From Vitrella brassicaformis CCMP3155 (lineage: Eukaryota > Protista > Chromerida), in contig CDMY01000538.1 of assembly GCA_001179505.1 (NCBI GenBank), positions 1 through 55,804 on the forward strand: 55,804 nucleotides of DNA, read 5' to 3'. Shown piece after piece: positions 9,310-21,820 of the stretch. Numbering within the stretch: position 1 is the first letter of the stretch; every line of letters starts with the position of its first letter. The position numbers and the translations under genes were made by a program. Below the pieces are notes generated by a model, which ran no database searches, was not told where the DNA came from, and saw only the letters and a program-made list of their open reading frames with translations.

Positions 9310-11391
9310 TGTCGTGGGTGCAGCTGCTGCCGAGTGTGCGTCCCGAGACGCTGCAGCTGCCATCTGAGACGCTTTTGAGCTTCGATGAGCCGCCCCCGCT
9401 GAGCACCACCCGCAGGAGGCGCCTGACCCACCCCGACTCCCTGCCGGCGGCCACCTTCCGTGTGACCGACAGGAAGACCAATGCGACGGTGTACGTAGTG
9501 GGCGTCATGCACGGCGCCCCGCTGTCCAAGAGGGACGTGGAGGACGTGTGGAACCGGGTGCAGCCTGACTCCCTCGTCATCGAGCTGTGCGAGGAGCGAT
9601 TCGAGGTCATCAGCACAGCCGACACATCACATACACACGCTCATTGCATCGCGTTGATGGGATGGTGACTTCTGTTGTGTGTGCGTGCGTGCGTGTGTGT
9701 GTGTGGATGGCTTTGTGCAGAGTATGTATGCGGATATGATGGCTGCCGAGGAGGGTGAGAGGCAGGGGGCGAGGTGGGCGGTGAAACGCAGCGGCAGGGT
9801 GGCCGTCACGGCCTTCCAGCGGCTCAATGTCTTCAGCGCCTTCTTCGCCGTCGTCCTCAACGTCATCTATCTCGTAAGCACACACACACACACACATGCT
9901 GTCAGAGAAAATGGGAGGAGGCAGCTGACTTGGTTGGTTGTTGCTGCTGTGGTCGTGTGGTGTGGCTGTGTGCGCAGTTCCAGCGTCTGATGAAGTTCGA
10001 CCCCGGTGTGGAGTTTAAGAGTGCCATCGGCCTGGCCAAACGAGACGACGTCCTCATCTACCTCGGTACGCAACAGACAGACATTGACGCACTTGTAGTG
10101 CGTGTGGTGGGTGCATCCCCTGCTGATTGTTTGTGTGCAGGTGATCAGGACGTGCGGTCGACGATCAACATCACGCAGCCGCTGAGGGTGGAGACCTTCT
10201 TCAGGGCACTGAGGAACTCGCTCGAGGACGTACCCATGTTTGGGAGGTCAGAGGGGGAGGGGGGAGAATGAACGAAGCGCCCTTGCGTGGCAGATGCATG
10301 TGGACATGTGCTCTTTGCGTGTGTGGGGTGGATGGATGGATGGATGCATGGATGGATGGATGGACGTGTGGCAGGTCTATCGTGGGTTACCCGAACCAGC
10401 GGAACGGGCAGTACTTCAACCTCCTCTCCTGGCCTCTCTTTGACCTCAGGGTCTTCAGAGACCTCGGAGGTGAGTGGCTGCGTGACGGACGGAGTGAGGA
10501 GCAAACTGGCATCCATCCATCCATTCTATATGGTTTAGTGTGTGTGGTGTGTGTCAGGTCTGCTGTTTCCCGTGCTGATGGTGTTTGAGGCCTTTGTGCT
10601 GCTGGTCCACTCGGGCATCGGCAACACTGTGCCTGGCGACATGTGGCGGGCATTCTCATACATCATCGAATCAGCGTACGAACCACACACACACACACCT
10701 AGAGACAGAGAGAGAGAGAGAGAGAGCTCAGGCGCGTGTGTGTGTGCAGGTCGTTTGGCTCATCGTTCGGCTTCAGTTTGGGCGACAGCGCGGCCATGCT
10801 TGGCTCGATGGCGAAGTCCAGCAGCTGGTTGATAGAGGACATCACGAGCGCCTTTGACATTTTTCTCATCCCCATCATCTTTTCCGGCTTCATCCGCAAG
10901 ATCGTCATCGACAGGGACGCCTACCTCGCCAGATCTATCAGGTGACCAACATGATAACACAGCTGGAGAGAGAGGACATACCCATAACGTCTTTCTTTGT
11001 CTCTGTGTGTGTGTGTAGGCAAGCGTGTGAAGACCAGCTTCAGAAGCGGCAGCAAGCAGCCTTCAACCCTGTGGACAGGCTGCTGTCGCCCTTTAAGCCA
11101 TCAGCCCCCGCCCGGCCTCCGCCCACAGTGGTGGCGGTGGTGGGGTGTCTGCACATCAACGGCATCATCTCGCGCCTCATCGAGGACGACATGCACGTCG
11201 ATGTCGAAAAGCTCAGGGCTTTCGAGAAGAGAAAGAGGCTCCGGCTGCGGCTCGACGATGCGATCGACAGCGGCAGTAGCAGTGGCTTGCCGCGGACGCG
11301 CGTCATCCAGCTGTCCAAAAGGAAGAAAAAAGCGAGGAGGGACCGGGCCGTGGCAGCAGGGACAAAGACGGGGATGAGGGAAGCAGCATGA
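9049..11391 (+). CDS. TraB/PrgY/GumN-domain protein with a probable bipartite (signal + transit) plastid leader
   Basis: TraB motifs VYVVGVMH, QPDSLVIELCEER, PGVEFKSA, YLGDQDV, DRDAYLA and VVAVVGCLHINGI. About 8 in-frame GT-AG introns (e.g. 9238-9323, 9874-9977, 10676-10749). N-terminus MSCQKVSLLSLVVAFLTFFGKEGTAFVQPLR...RRRR. Confidence 0.85.
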
Positions 11392-12865
11392 GACAGATGA
11401 GAGTGTTTCTTCTGTGTTGTGTTGATGAGGTCGTTGGGTGGGTGAGGTGCGTAGTTGTGGGCAGCCCGGTAGGGAGTTGGGAGGGACAGTGGGAAGTGAG
11501 TGCTGTGTGTGGATAAGTAGGTGTGCTGCCGTAGTAAGGAAGACAGAGAGGAACAGACAGAGACAGAGAGAGAGAGTGAGCGAGGGAGGGGCCCGCTGAT
11601 TTGTCCATGTATCTGTCAACACCCCCGGTGTGTGTCTCCCTCTTGTGTGGTGTGTTTCAATCCCGAGGGCCTATGTCTACCTGCATAGCCCGTACCATGA
11701 TCATGATGATCGACGGATGGATGTATCTGAGAATTCGCATTTCTTTCATTGCCTGCCCAATATATTACGAGTGAGTGATGGGACTGACTGGGTGTCTGTC
11801 TGTCTGTCTTGTCTGTACAGTAAACTGACTGATCAGAGCGAGCGACTGAGTGAGTGGGACGTTTATACCATTCCATAGAGGCCTACCTAGACTTTGGCAG
11901 ATTTTGCAAACTAATGCTTGTTCTTGCTGTGGGTGGACGTAATGACTACGAATGGGTGTGTGTGCTGTGCAGGAACCAGCTGAGACAACGGACGGACGGA
12001 CGGAGGAACGCTTCATCATGACGCCAAACAGTTCACTCACCGTGCAACCAGCAAATGTGTGTCGTTCGATCCATCTCTCCCCATCGCCCACACGCAGCCC
12101 ACACCACCCCACACCCACAAGCACGCTCTGGTCAGCAGGGTAGCTCTGAGAGCCTGACTGACTGACTAGCAACCCCGCCCGACACACAACACACACCAGA
12201 CAGAGAGCGCCCCCAGACCAACCCCCCCACCCCGACCCCCCCACCCCCACTCCGTCTACCTCCTCTTCACACACACGCACGGACGGCCACACAGCTACAG
12301 GTGTACATGTCTGTCTGTTTGGACTCGTTGGTATCCACACACAGGGCAGGAAAAAATCTCAAGCCCAGCCAATTTCTTCCATCCCATCCCAAAAACGCAT
12401 CTCTCTCTCGTCCAGACAGAAAGTACGAGACGCTCACACACAGACAGGGGCATGCAGTGAATGACGTGCGTGTGCATGGCTGGCTGGCAGTGGTGTGGGC
12501 GGGGCGCATTCCGCGAATGCGTGTGGGTGTGAACATGCGCACAGACAAGTACACGGATGGATGGGGCAGCTAGCTGGCTAGCTTGAGCAAAACTTGGTTA
12601 GTGAGAGCATTGCGGTCAGTCAGGTGGGCAAAATTGTGGGCCGACCGACCGGCCCTTGTTTCGTTGTGTGTGTCATACAGGTCACCTATGCGGTGTGTGT
12701 GAGCGTGACTCACTCACTCACCACCCAAACATTCACGCAGCGCAGACACAACACATCAACTCACTCACACGGACAAAATGAATATGTACAGGCGCACCAC
12801 ACCACACGACGGACGCAAAAAGGGCCCCTCTCCCCTCCCCGCTCCCCTCTCTCTGTCTCACTCAG

Positions 12866-15800
12866 TCACTGTTGCTTCTTGCCGATCTTCCAGCGCATGA
12901 GAAAGAAGCCGCACACGACGAAGACACACATGATGACCGCCAGCATGGCGAATAGGAACCACATGGGGTGGGTGGCGGGGTCGAGGTCGACCTGGGGGGT
13001 CTGGAGGTACTGGACGCCCGTGTGGAAGCAGGGGATCCAGCTCAGCTCCGGGCAGTCGTCGAACGTGATGTCCACGAACTGGTTTATCCTGCATGCAGTC
13101 AAATTCGGCGTGTGATTGTGTGTGTTGGGTGGCCATCGGGGAGAGAGGGTCTTACTTACCTGAGGATGGCGAATGAGTACTGGAAGAAGCTGATGTGGTA
13201 CAGCCATTTAAAGTAAATGGGGATGCTGTCGTAGGGAATCATGTAACCTGACAGCACATGTAATCAACACACCCAGCCAATCGTCCGTCTCCTCGCCTCT
13301 CTCCGTGCGTGGTGTGGTATTCCATCCATCAGGTAGGTACCCACCCGAGAAGAGCATTAGCGGGACGATGGTGGGGAGGACGACCTGCTGTGCGTCTCGT
13401 GTGTCGTTGACAGCGCACCCCACCATCAGACCCACCACACATCCCGTGAACGACAGCAGCGCCAAACACGCCAGAAACACAAAGAACCGGTAAGGCGTCA
13501 ACACTAGACCCACCTGAATGCAGTCAGTCACCACACCACACCACACAACACACACCGCGTGAGCTCACACCGACAGACAGAAAGGCCCTTTCCGTGGGTA
13601 CTTGCCATGAAGTAGACAGGGATGGTGAGGAGGAGGGACATGAAGAACTGCAGGACGATGTTGGAGATGAAGATGGCGCTGTAGGCGGCCAGCAGCGAGT
13701 AGGCGCCGTTCCTCTGCTCCCGCTGGATGAGCGTCCTCTCGATGGGGAACTGCATCACCGTCGTGAACAAAGTCGACATGACGCAGTTGTTCGTCAGCAG
13801 AAACATCGCTCCTACACACACACACGCACGCGTCGGCGAGAGGTGTGAGATTTGATTTGGTGTGATGTGGTGTGGTGTGGTGTGCGGACCGGTCAGTGGG
13901 AAGATGGCCTGGTTGGTGGGCGGCCTGCCCTGGTTGAGCCATATGCAGCCCACCATCAGGGCCAGTATGATCTTCATGGAACAATTCTTCACAAACTTCC
14001 TCTTGTCACTGCACACGTCCACGCCACACGCCACACACGCATCCACTGCAACTAGAAGGCGTGTCTTGGCCCCTCCCTCTCTCTCCCCCCGCTGACCAGA
14101 GGTTGTCGTAGAAGGCTCGGTGCAGCAGCACGAGCGTCTGCGTGTGCACCGGTGTGGCGTATGCGTGTCGTTTGATGGAGAACAGCCCCTCCGGCTCCTC
14201 CTTCTCCACCATGCCCCCCACGTCGCACAGGCTCGCCTGGCTCGGACCCGTCGGCGGCGAGGCGTTCTCGATGTTGACGTGCACCTCCTCCTCCCACCTA
14301 CACACACAACACAACACAACACAACACAGTACAACACACACATATGGTGTGTGAGGATTGCCGTCTTGTCTTGCGGCCGTCAATCGTGTGATGGGATCAC
14401 CCACCGTTCGGCAAAGGTGACGGTGCGGTTGGTTTTCTGTGTCTTGGTGTCCTCTGGGACGGCACTCGGTGGCGACTTGGTGTTGACCGGGTTCATCTCC
14501 TGGATGACCCGCATGATGTGGTCGATGGGGTTGACATGCTCCGGCGATTTCACCCCCTGACGCTCGAAGTACGGCTCCATGCAGGGCACCTACACACACA
14601 CACGGATGTCTGTCTGTATGTGCGTGTGTGGGGCATTATTGGGTGTCGTTGAGCACCGGTCCGTGGAAGACCACTCTCCCGTGATGCAGCAGCAACACCC
14701 TGTCAAACTTGGTCAAAACGTTCCACGCTGATCAGACAGACAAATAATCACACCAATCACATCAAACCAGTCGTCTTGCGCGGTCCGGCCCACACCCACA
14801 CACATACACACATACATGGCTGGTGGACGGAGCAAATGACGGTCCGCCCCTGCCTCGCCAAATTAGTCAGAAGCATCACCTACAGACACACACACGCACA
14901 CACACACAGCACAAGCAATCCGGGTGGGACTCGCTGCTGGTGGTGGTGGTGGTGCTGCTAGTGCCACTGCTTACAACGTCCTCAGCGTTTTTGGAGTCCA
15001 GCCCACTCGTGGGCTCGTCCAGCAACACGATGGACGGGTTGGTCAGCAAAGCGGAGGCAATACTGACGCAACCAAGAGCGCAATTACATCACATGGGGCG
15101 GTCGGTCGGGCCGATAGAGATGTGTGTGCTGTCATGGCTTACGAGAGGCGTTTCCTCTGCCCTCCGCTGAGCCCTTTGCGATCGACGCTGCCGACCAATG
15201 TGTCCTCGCAGCCCTGATATGGCCACACACCCGCAGACACACACAGATGAGCCTCGTCGCCCGCCCGCCCTGTGTCTGTCTGTCTGTCTGTCTGTGATCG
15301 TTCGTTGCCCTGCCCCCTCCAAGCGCAAACCTGCAAGTTGAGCTGTTCCAGCACCCGGTGGGCTCGCTCCCGCTTCTCAGCCCTGCTCATTGCCTGCGGC
15401 AGCTTGAGCGCGGCGAGGTAGCCGAGCTCCATCCGGGGGGTCAGTGACGGCAGCAGCACGTCCTCCTGGTACACAAACTGGCTCAGCTTCTGGTAGCGCG
15501 TCCCCTTCAATGAGCGGCCGTTGCCCTTGATCTCGCCACTCACTGCACGCCCACCACACACACAGGTAGATAGACAGAAGGACAGACACACCAACAGTTG
15601 CTGGCCACTGACTGCCGTCGCTGTGCAGTGTCGCGTTTCCTCTCCTTCCTTCCCTCTGCCCTGCCCGACCTTTGCCGCCCACGTCGCCGGCGAGCACACG
15701 CAGGAGGGTCGTCTTGCCGGCCCCAGAGGCTCCCATCAAGGCCACCGTCTCGCCAGGCTTGAAGGAGGCGCTGATGTTGTGGAGGATGGTCTTGTCCCCG

Positions 15801-16003
15801 CCAGCCACCTTGATGGTGTAGCTCATCTCCTCGAGGGAAAACCTGATCTGCTCGACTGTGTCGTGGTCTGCCGGCGGCACCGTGAGCTGCACGACCTCGT
15901 CCTGGGCCGGTTGCGCGAGGAGAGGAACGGTCTTGGCGCTGTGGCCGCCGCCATTGATCTCATAAAGGGGGTCTATACGCTGAGTATGCTGATGCCCGAA
16001 CAT
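12866..16003 (-). CDS. ABCG (White-family) half transporter, NBD-TMD order
   Basis: Walker [11 protein letters not shown]-loop FVYQEDVL, signature [33 protein letters not shown]-type TMD and a C-terminal TM helix. An upstream acceptor at ~16014 means the true 5' end may lie further upstream. Confidence 0.93.
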
Positions 16004-16451
16004 GGCTGAACGACCTGCAGGCAGAATGGCAGAATGGCAGAAATGACATGATATTCCCCTCATCTCACGCACACGGCCCATCTCTGTTTTTTCTCGCAAG
16101 TTTCTCGGGGTGTACCTTTCGGGCTGAGGAGAGGAGGCGAATTTTTTGACGATGGGAAGTCCCGCTAATTGGCTCACGCACCCTTCAGACAGCCGATGTC
16201 GGCTTCTCTGTGATATCCCTTGTCCTTCGCTGACTTTTTCAGGGTAAGGAACCCTACATCCCTTGCAAACCCACGAGTGTGTTTGCTCATTCCGCAAGGA
16301 ATCAGAGCCAGGACCACAAAGACAAATAAAAGGGTCAAGAAGAAGTCCGTCAACCATTAGACACACACACACACACAGTGTCGTGCAGACAGTCACACAC
16401 GCTGGCCGACTACTGGTCGGTCGGTCAGACAGTCAGCAAATGAATTACCGC

Positions 16452-18640
16452 TCATCCCGCCGCCTCTCCCCCTGTCGTCCTCTCGTCCTGCGTTGCCCGC
16501 TGCTGACGCGAGCAGCTCTCGACGAAGGCCTCTACACGCCTCTTGACCACCTTCAGAACGGCGTGCAGCTCACTCAAAACCTCCCGCAGCGCACGCACCT
16601 CCCTCTCCCTGGACTGATACAGCCGCACCAGCCCCTCCTGTGCCTCGGCCAGCCGCCCCTTGGCCGCGCGCTTGTCATCTGTCAGCGGGCCGCCGTTCAG
16701 CCGATCGCTGTCGTCCTGCCACGCCCTGACAAGGTCGTCGTGGGCGGACCGCCAGCGGCTGCCGTGCCGGTCAAAATCCTCCTTGTTGCTCTCGAGGACG
16801 CGCGCGCTCTCCTGATAGACGCCCTGGAGCTGCTGGAAGATGGCCACTGCATCGCGGTAGTCAGACACCGACCGAACAGACAGCGACTCGAGGGCATCCC
16901 TGAGCCGCTCGGGCAGGCCGCTCTCGGCCGACTCGCCTCCCCCTCCTCCCGCCCTGGCCGTCCGCCGCCTGAGCTGCCTCAATCGCTCCATAACACCGGT
17001 GTGGTCGAGGGCCCCTTCTCCCCGCAAGGCCCGCTCTACCATCGGCCGCAGATCGCCACTAAGGCTGTCGAGAAGCGGCGCCGCTGCCGGGAGGGATGAT
17101 GTGGTGCACCCCTCGAGCAGCCACGACGGCCGCCTTCTCGGCCTCTCGCGCCTCGGAGGGGCCGGGGGCGGCGCTGGCTCGGTCTGTGGGGCGGGTGGTG
17201 CTGCTCCGGCTNNNNNNNNNNNNNNNNNNNNNNNNNNNNNNNNNNNNNNNNNNNNNNNNNNNNNNNNNNNNNNNNNNNNNNNNNNNNNNNNNNNNNNNNN
17301 NNNNNNNNNNNNNNNNNNNNNNNNNNNNNNNNNNNNNNNNNNNNNNNNNNNNNNNNNNNNNNNNNNNNNNNNNNNNNNNNNNNNNNNNNNNNNNNNNNNN
17401 NNNNNNNNNNNNNNNNNNNNNNNNNNNNNNNNNNNNNNNNNNNNNNNNNNNNNNNNNNNNNNNNNNNNNNNNNNNNNNNNNNNNNNNNNNNNNNNNNNNN
17501 NNNNNNNNNNNGGGGCAATGAAGGTGGGAGGGAGCTGGAGTCGGGCACAGGGGCGGCGAGAGGGGGGGCTGCTGGCAGCTGGACTGCCTGTGCAGCTGAG
17601 GCTGGCGCTGACATTGATACTGACACATGCGCTTGTGGTGGGGGAGCAGGCTGATCATGGGTCTCTTGCGCAGGGGGTTGGGATGTGGCATCGTTGATGT
17701 CGTCCATAGCAGTGTCTTCTTCAGCGGTAGTCTTGACACGCTTGGCAGCCGACCTCTGGCCCCTGGACGACGCCTTTCGCTTTGCTCGACCGCCGCTCTT
17801 GGCCGCCTTCTTGGCCTCAGCCTGCTCATCAGACGACTCGTCGCTTCCGTTCTCCCCCCACTCCTCCGAGTCGTCGCTTTCCTCCTTCTTGCTGGCCCTC
17901 TTGCTGCCCTGCTGCCGCTTCCTCTTGCCAGCGGTGTCCTTCGGCTCTGCCTCTCCCTCTCCCCTCCCGTCACGGCCCCCGTCGACAGCCTTGTCAATGG
18001 ACGATAGGTCGAACCCGCCGCCAGTAGTGGTCTTGCTCGAGGCCGCCGCGGCCTTGTTGCGCGCCTTGACAGCCGTCCTGATGGACCGGTGCTTGGGCTT
18101 GGCCACCACGGGCGACACTCGGTTGGGCGGGGGAGGGGGCGACTTGCCCGCGACGAACCTCGAGGGCAGCTTGATCATGCCTTGGTGCTGAGGGGCCTTG
18201 TCTGCGGCGCTCCTCTTGTCGGTGTCGATGCGGCCATTGATGCGGACAGGGGACGGCTGGGGAGCAGCCGGGGTGGGGGTGGGGCTGGGGGTAGGTTTGC
18301 ACTTCGCCGCCTTTCTGCCGCTCCCTGCTCCTCCTTCACCTTTGCCCTTGCCACCGCCACTAGCTCCCAGGTAGACCGACGTTGCCTCTGACGCCTTCGG
18401 TTGTGACCCGGACACGGCCTTGCCGGGCTTGTTTGGCGCTTCCTTGACGCCGTTCTGCTGTGGCTGCTTGCTCCTGCCTCCCTTGGCCGCGGCCTTTTCC
18501 CTCCTCTCTTCTTCGGAGGAAGATGACGACTCGCCGCTGCCAGACGAGCTGGAGGATGAGCTGCTCCCGGATGAGCTGGACGAGTCTTCGGAGTCGTCAT
18601 CGTCTTCGGCCTTGGGGTCCTCGCCCTTCAGGAAGTCCAT
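16452..18640 (-). CDS. Low-complexity (Ser/Asp/Lys/Pro-rich) protein with a C-terminal Occludin/ELL-like helical domain; spans an assembly gap
   Basis: Long open frame from MDFLKGEDP. C-terminus SVRSVSDYRDAVAIFQQLQGVYQE...LSELHAVLKVVKRRVEAF resembles Occludin_ELL (I.S..QR..Y...F...Y.EY...LH.KL..IK..I..Y). Confidence 0.55.
17212..17511. other. Assembly gap (300 N placeholder)
   Basis: Run of N, the same length as the other two gaps. Confidence 1.
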
Positions 18641-19054
18641 CGAGTGACGATGGCCACAGGAAATGAACAATCAACTGCATCAAGTCAGGCGCAACGAAAC
18701 ACACACACACACACACACACACATACACATACACATACACACGTGTGGCCTGGGTGAGAGCCAAGTGTTTGTGATCTCTGTCGTTCTGCTCTCCTCGGCC
18801 GACAAGCTTGTGCATTCAAACGTTTGCAAACATACATCCGCAATGCGGACGTACCTGATGAGAAGGAAGCTCGTCAGCCTCTGCTGCTGCTGTGCCGGGC
18901 AGATGCAGGGGAAAAAACATTCACTCCCACCTCCAGCCGTAGCTCGCTTTGGCGACGAAGCTCGCTTTTTTCTGAGAACCCTTTTTTCCCCCCTTCTCCC
19001 CCACCGCTCTATCCTCTTTCTGAACCTTCTCCAACGTTCCCCTACTTTTCCAAA

Positions 19055-20983
19055 ATGGTACCCCTCAAAAGACCCCGTCGTCTCCCCCCCTCCTCCGGCT
19101 CACGCTTCCATGGGGCCCCGCCCTCGAGGACGGAGAGCCGGGAGGGGCACTGCACGGAAGGAGGGAGTGGGGCGGATGAAATGCTCACGGGCGTGTCGTG
19201 ACTGTCGCGTTTGTTTGTGTGTCTGTCTCCCCTTTTTGGGTTCAGGTGAAGATTGACCAGGCCATCGCCAAGGAGCTGGTGGAGAGCGCCGAGTACATCT
19301 GCGCGCCGGGCAAGGGCATCCTCGCAGCCGATGAGTCCACAGGTAACACACAGACGGGCGTGGGGAGAGGGAGAGGGAGAGGGAGGGCCGGCCCGGTTTC
19401 CTTTTCCCATGTCTCTCTCTCTCCCTCCCCCACACTCCCCCACAGGGACGATCAAGAAGCGTTTCGATGCGATTGGTGTGGAGAACACTTTGGACAACCG
19501 CGCCGACTACCGCGAGCTGCTGTTCACGACCAAGGGCCTCGGCGAGTATATCAGCGGCGCCATCCTCTTCGAGGAGACCCTCTTCCAGAAGACCTCCAAG
19601 GGTCAGTCAGCTAGGAAGAAGGTTGGGGGTATGGCTGGCGTGGCTGAATGAGCTGGTGGGGTCTTGATGTGATGTGTGTATAGGTGAGATGATGGTTGAC
19701 CTGCTGAAGGGCCAGGGCATCCTGCCGGGCATCAAGGTCGACAAGGGCCTCGTCCCCCTCCCACTCAGCGATGGAGAGACCGCCACCACCGTACGTATAT
19801 ATAGCACGCACCCCCACACACAGAGACTGACTGAGACACAGAACCGATCCCTCTTCAATCTCTTTTGTTTGTGTAGGGTCTTGATGGTCTTGGTCAGCGC
19901 TGCAAGGAGTACTACGCCGCTGGAGCCCGTTTCGCCAAGTGGCGTGCGGTGCTCCAGATCGACGCCAAGACACACAAGCCCTCCAACCTCTCCATCATGG
20001 AAACCGCACACGGACTCGCACGGTAGGTAGCCACACACAGACACACACGCACACACGCACCCCCAGACACCCATTGGTGTGTCTCCGTGTCTCTGCGTGT
20101 CAGCTACGCGGCCATTTGCCAGGAGAACAAGTTGGTGCCCATCATCGAGCCCGAGATCCTGACCGACGGCAACCACGACATCGAGTACTGCGCCGAGGTG
20201 ACCGAGAAGGTCCTGGCGGCGGTTTTCAAGGCCTGCAGCGACCACCACATCCTTCTCGAGGGTGCCCTGCTCAAGCCCAACATGGTTACGGAGGGCGCCG
20301 GTAACCTCCCAGCAGAAAGAGACATGGTGATGGTGCGTGGCGAGCGATGTGTGTGTGTGTGTGTGTTGGGTGTAGAATGCAAGACCAAGTCGAGTTCGGA
20401 GGACATCGCGTACTACACGGTCCGCACGCTGAAGCGCACGGTGCCGCCTGCCCTGGTGGGCGTGACCTTCCTCTCGGGCGGCCAGTCGGAGGAGGAGGCC
20501 TCCGTCAACCTCAACGCCATGAACAAGGTCACCTCACACTCCGACACACACCACCACACACACACAACAAGGGCATGATCCATCTCTCTTCCCCTGTCTG
20601 TCTGTCTGTCTGTCCCTGTCTGTGTGTGTCCATCCATCCATCCATCCACGGCGTGCGTCAGTTGTTCGGCCCGACCCCCTGGAAGCTGACGTTTTCGTAC
20701 GGCCGTGCGCTGCAGGCGTCCACTCAGGCGGCCTGGGGCGGCAAGCCCGAGAACGTTGACAAGGCAAAGGCGGTCCTCCTCGCCCGCGCCAAGGCCAACA
20801 GCGAGGCTCAGCTCGGCAAATACGCCGGTCAGTGGCTGGCTGGCAGGGGGGGAGGGAGGGGGCCAGACAGAGAGGGAGGGAGACATACGTGATGTATGGT
20901 GTGCGGTGTCTGTCTGATTTGGTATGTGTTCAGGCGGGGTGCAATCTGCTGGCTCCCTGTACGAGAAGAAGTACGTGTATTGA
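19055..20983 (+). CDS. FBA: Fructose-bisphosphate aldolase, class I
   Basis: [33 protein letters not shown], Schiff-base [27 protein letters not shown]-terminus SLYEKKYVY*. First coding exon is ATG only (19055-19057, intron 19058-19245). Confidence 0.97.
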
Positions 20984-21820
20984 GCGATCGATCCATCGAC
21001 TGACTTGGCTGGCTGGTCAACACACACCATAGACACATACACACACGCATTTCATGGCAGACAGGCAGACAGACCGACCCAGTCAGTGAGTGAGTTGACA
21101 TGAATGCCCGGCCTGGCCTCACTGAACGGCTGCATGGCTGCATGGCTGCATGGATGGATGGCTGTGTTTGCCGTGAGTGCACTCACACGTAGCAGTTTTG
21201 TCTCTCCGCCAATTCGTCTGTTTGTTTGCCCCTGTCCGATCCATTTCTTTTTGCTCGGTCGGTTCGATGCTCGATGCGCACAGTGCAAACGCGCTGTCCA
21301 CCCACAGACGGCCACACAGGTAGCATAGCCACAGACAGGGACACAGCACAGCAGTGGGTGCGTGTGTAGTGGGTGTAGCAGTTGAATGGCTTTGTTTTTC
21401 CCATCCGTCCAGTCAGTCCATGAGTGATTGCGTGGCAGACAGAGGGAGGGAGTGACGCCTGCATTGAATGGCGGGGACAGGACACCTGAAGGGAACGATG
21501 AAGCATTGATGTATCCATATCTCTCGGAAGGTCTTGGAGGCACAGAAGATGCGCACACACAGCCACAGCCAGCGAAGCTAGACCTAATGGGTACGTCGGA
21601 AGCCGCCCAACACGCCAATCGCTCAGGCAGCAAATTCTACCCACAGCCCTCCTCCTTAATACCTCACACACACATCCTAGCAATTATAACCCACCCTCCC
21701 TCCCGCCCCCCGTATCTCTCACTCTCTCTCCTTCTCCCAATTGGCTACACTGGCTGTGCTGTGCTGTGTCGTCTGTGGTCTGTGAGTACCCTGTGTCTGT
21801 CGATCTACCAATCTATCCAT

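Noticed and set aside
11820-11960. Minus-strand HYVH...VCKICQ zinc-finger-like peptide in intergenic DNA
   Set aside because: Incomplete motif with no splice context.
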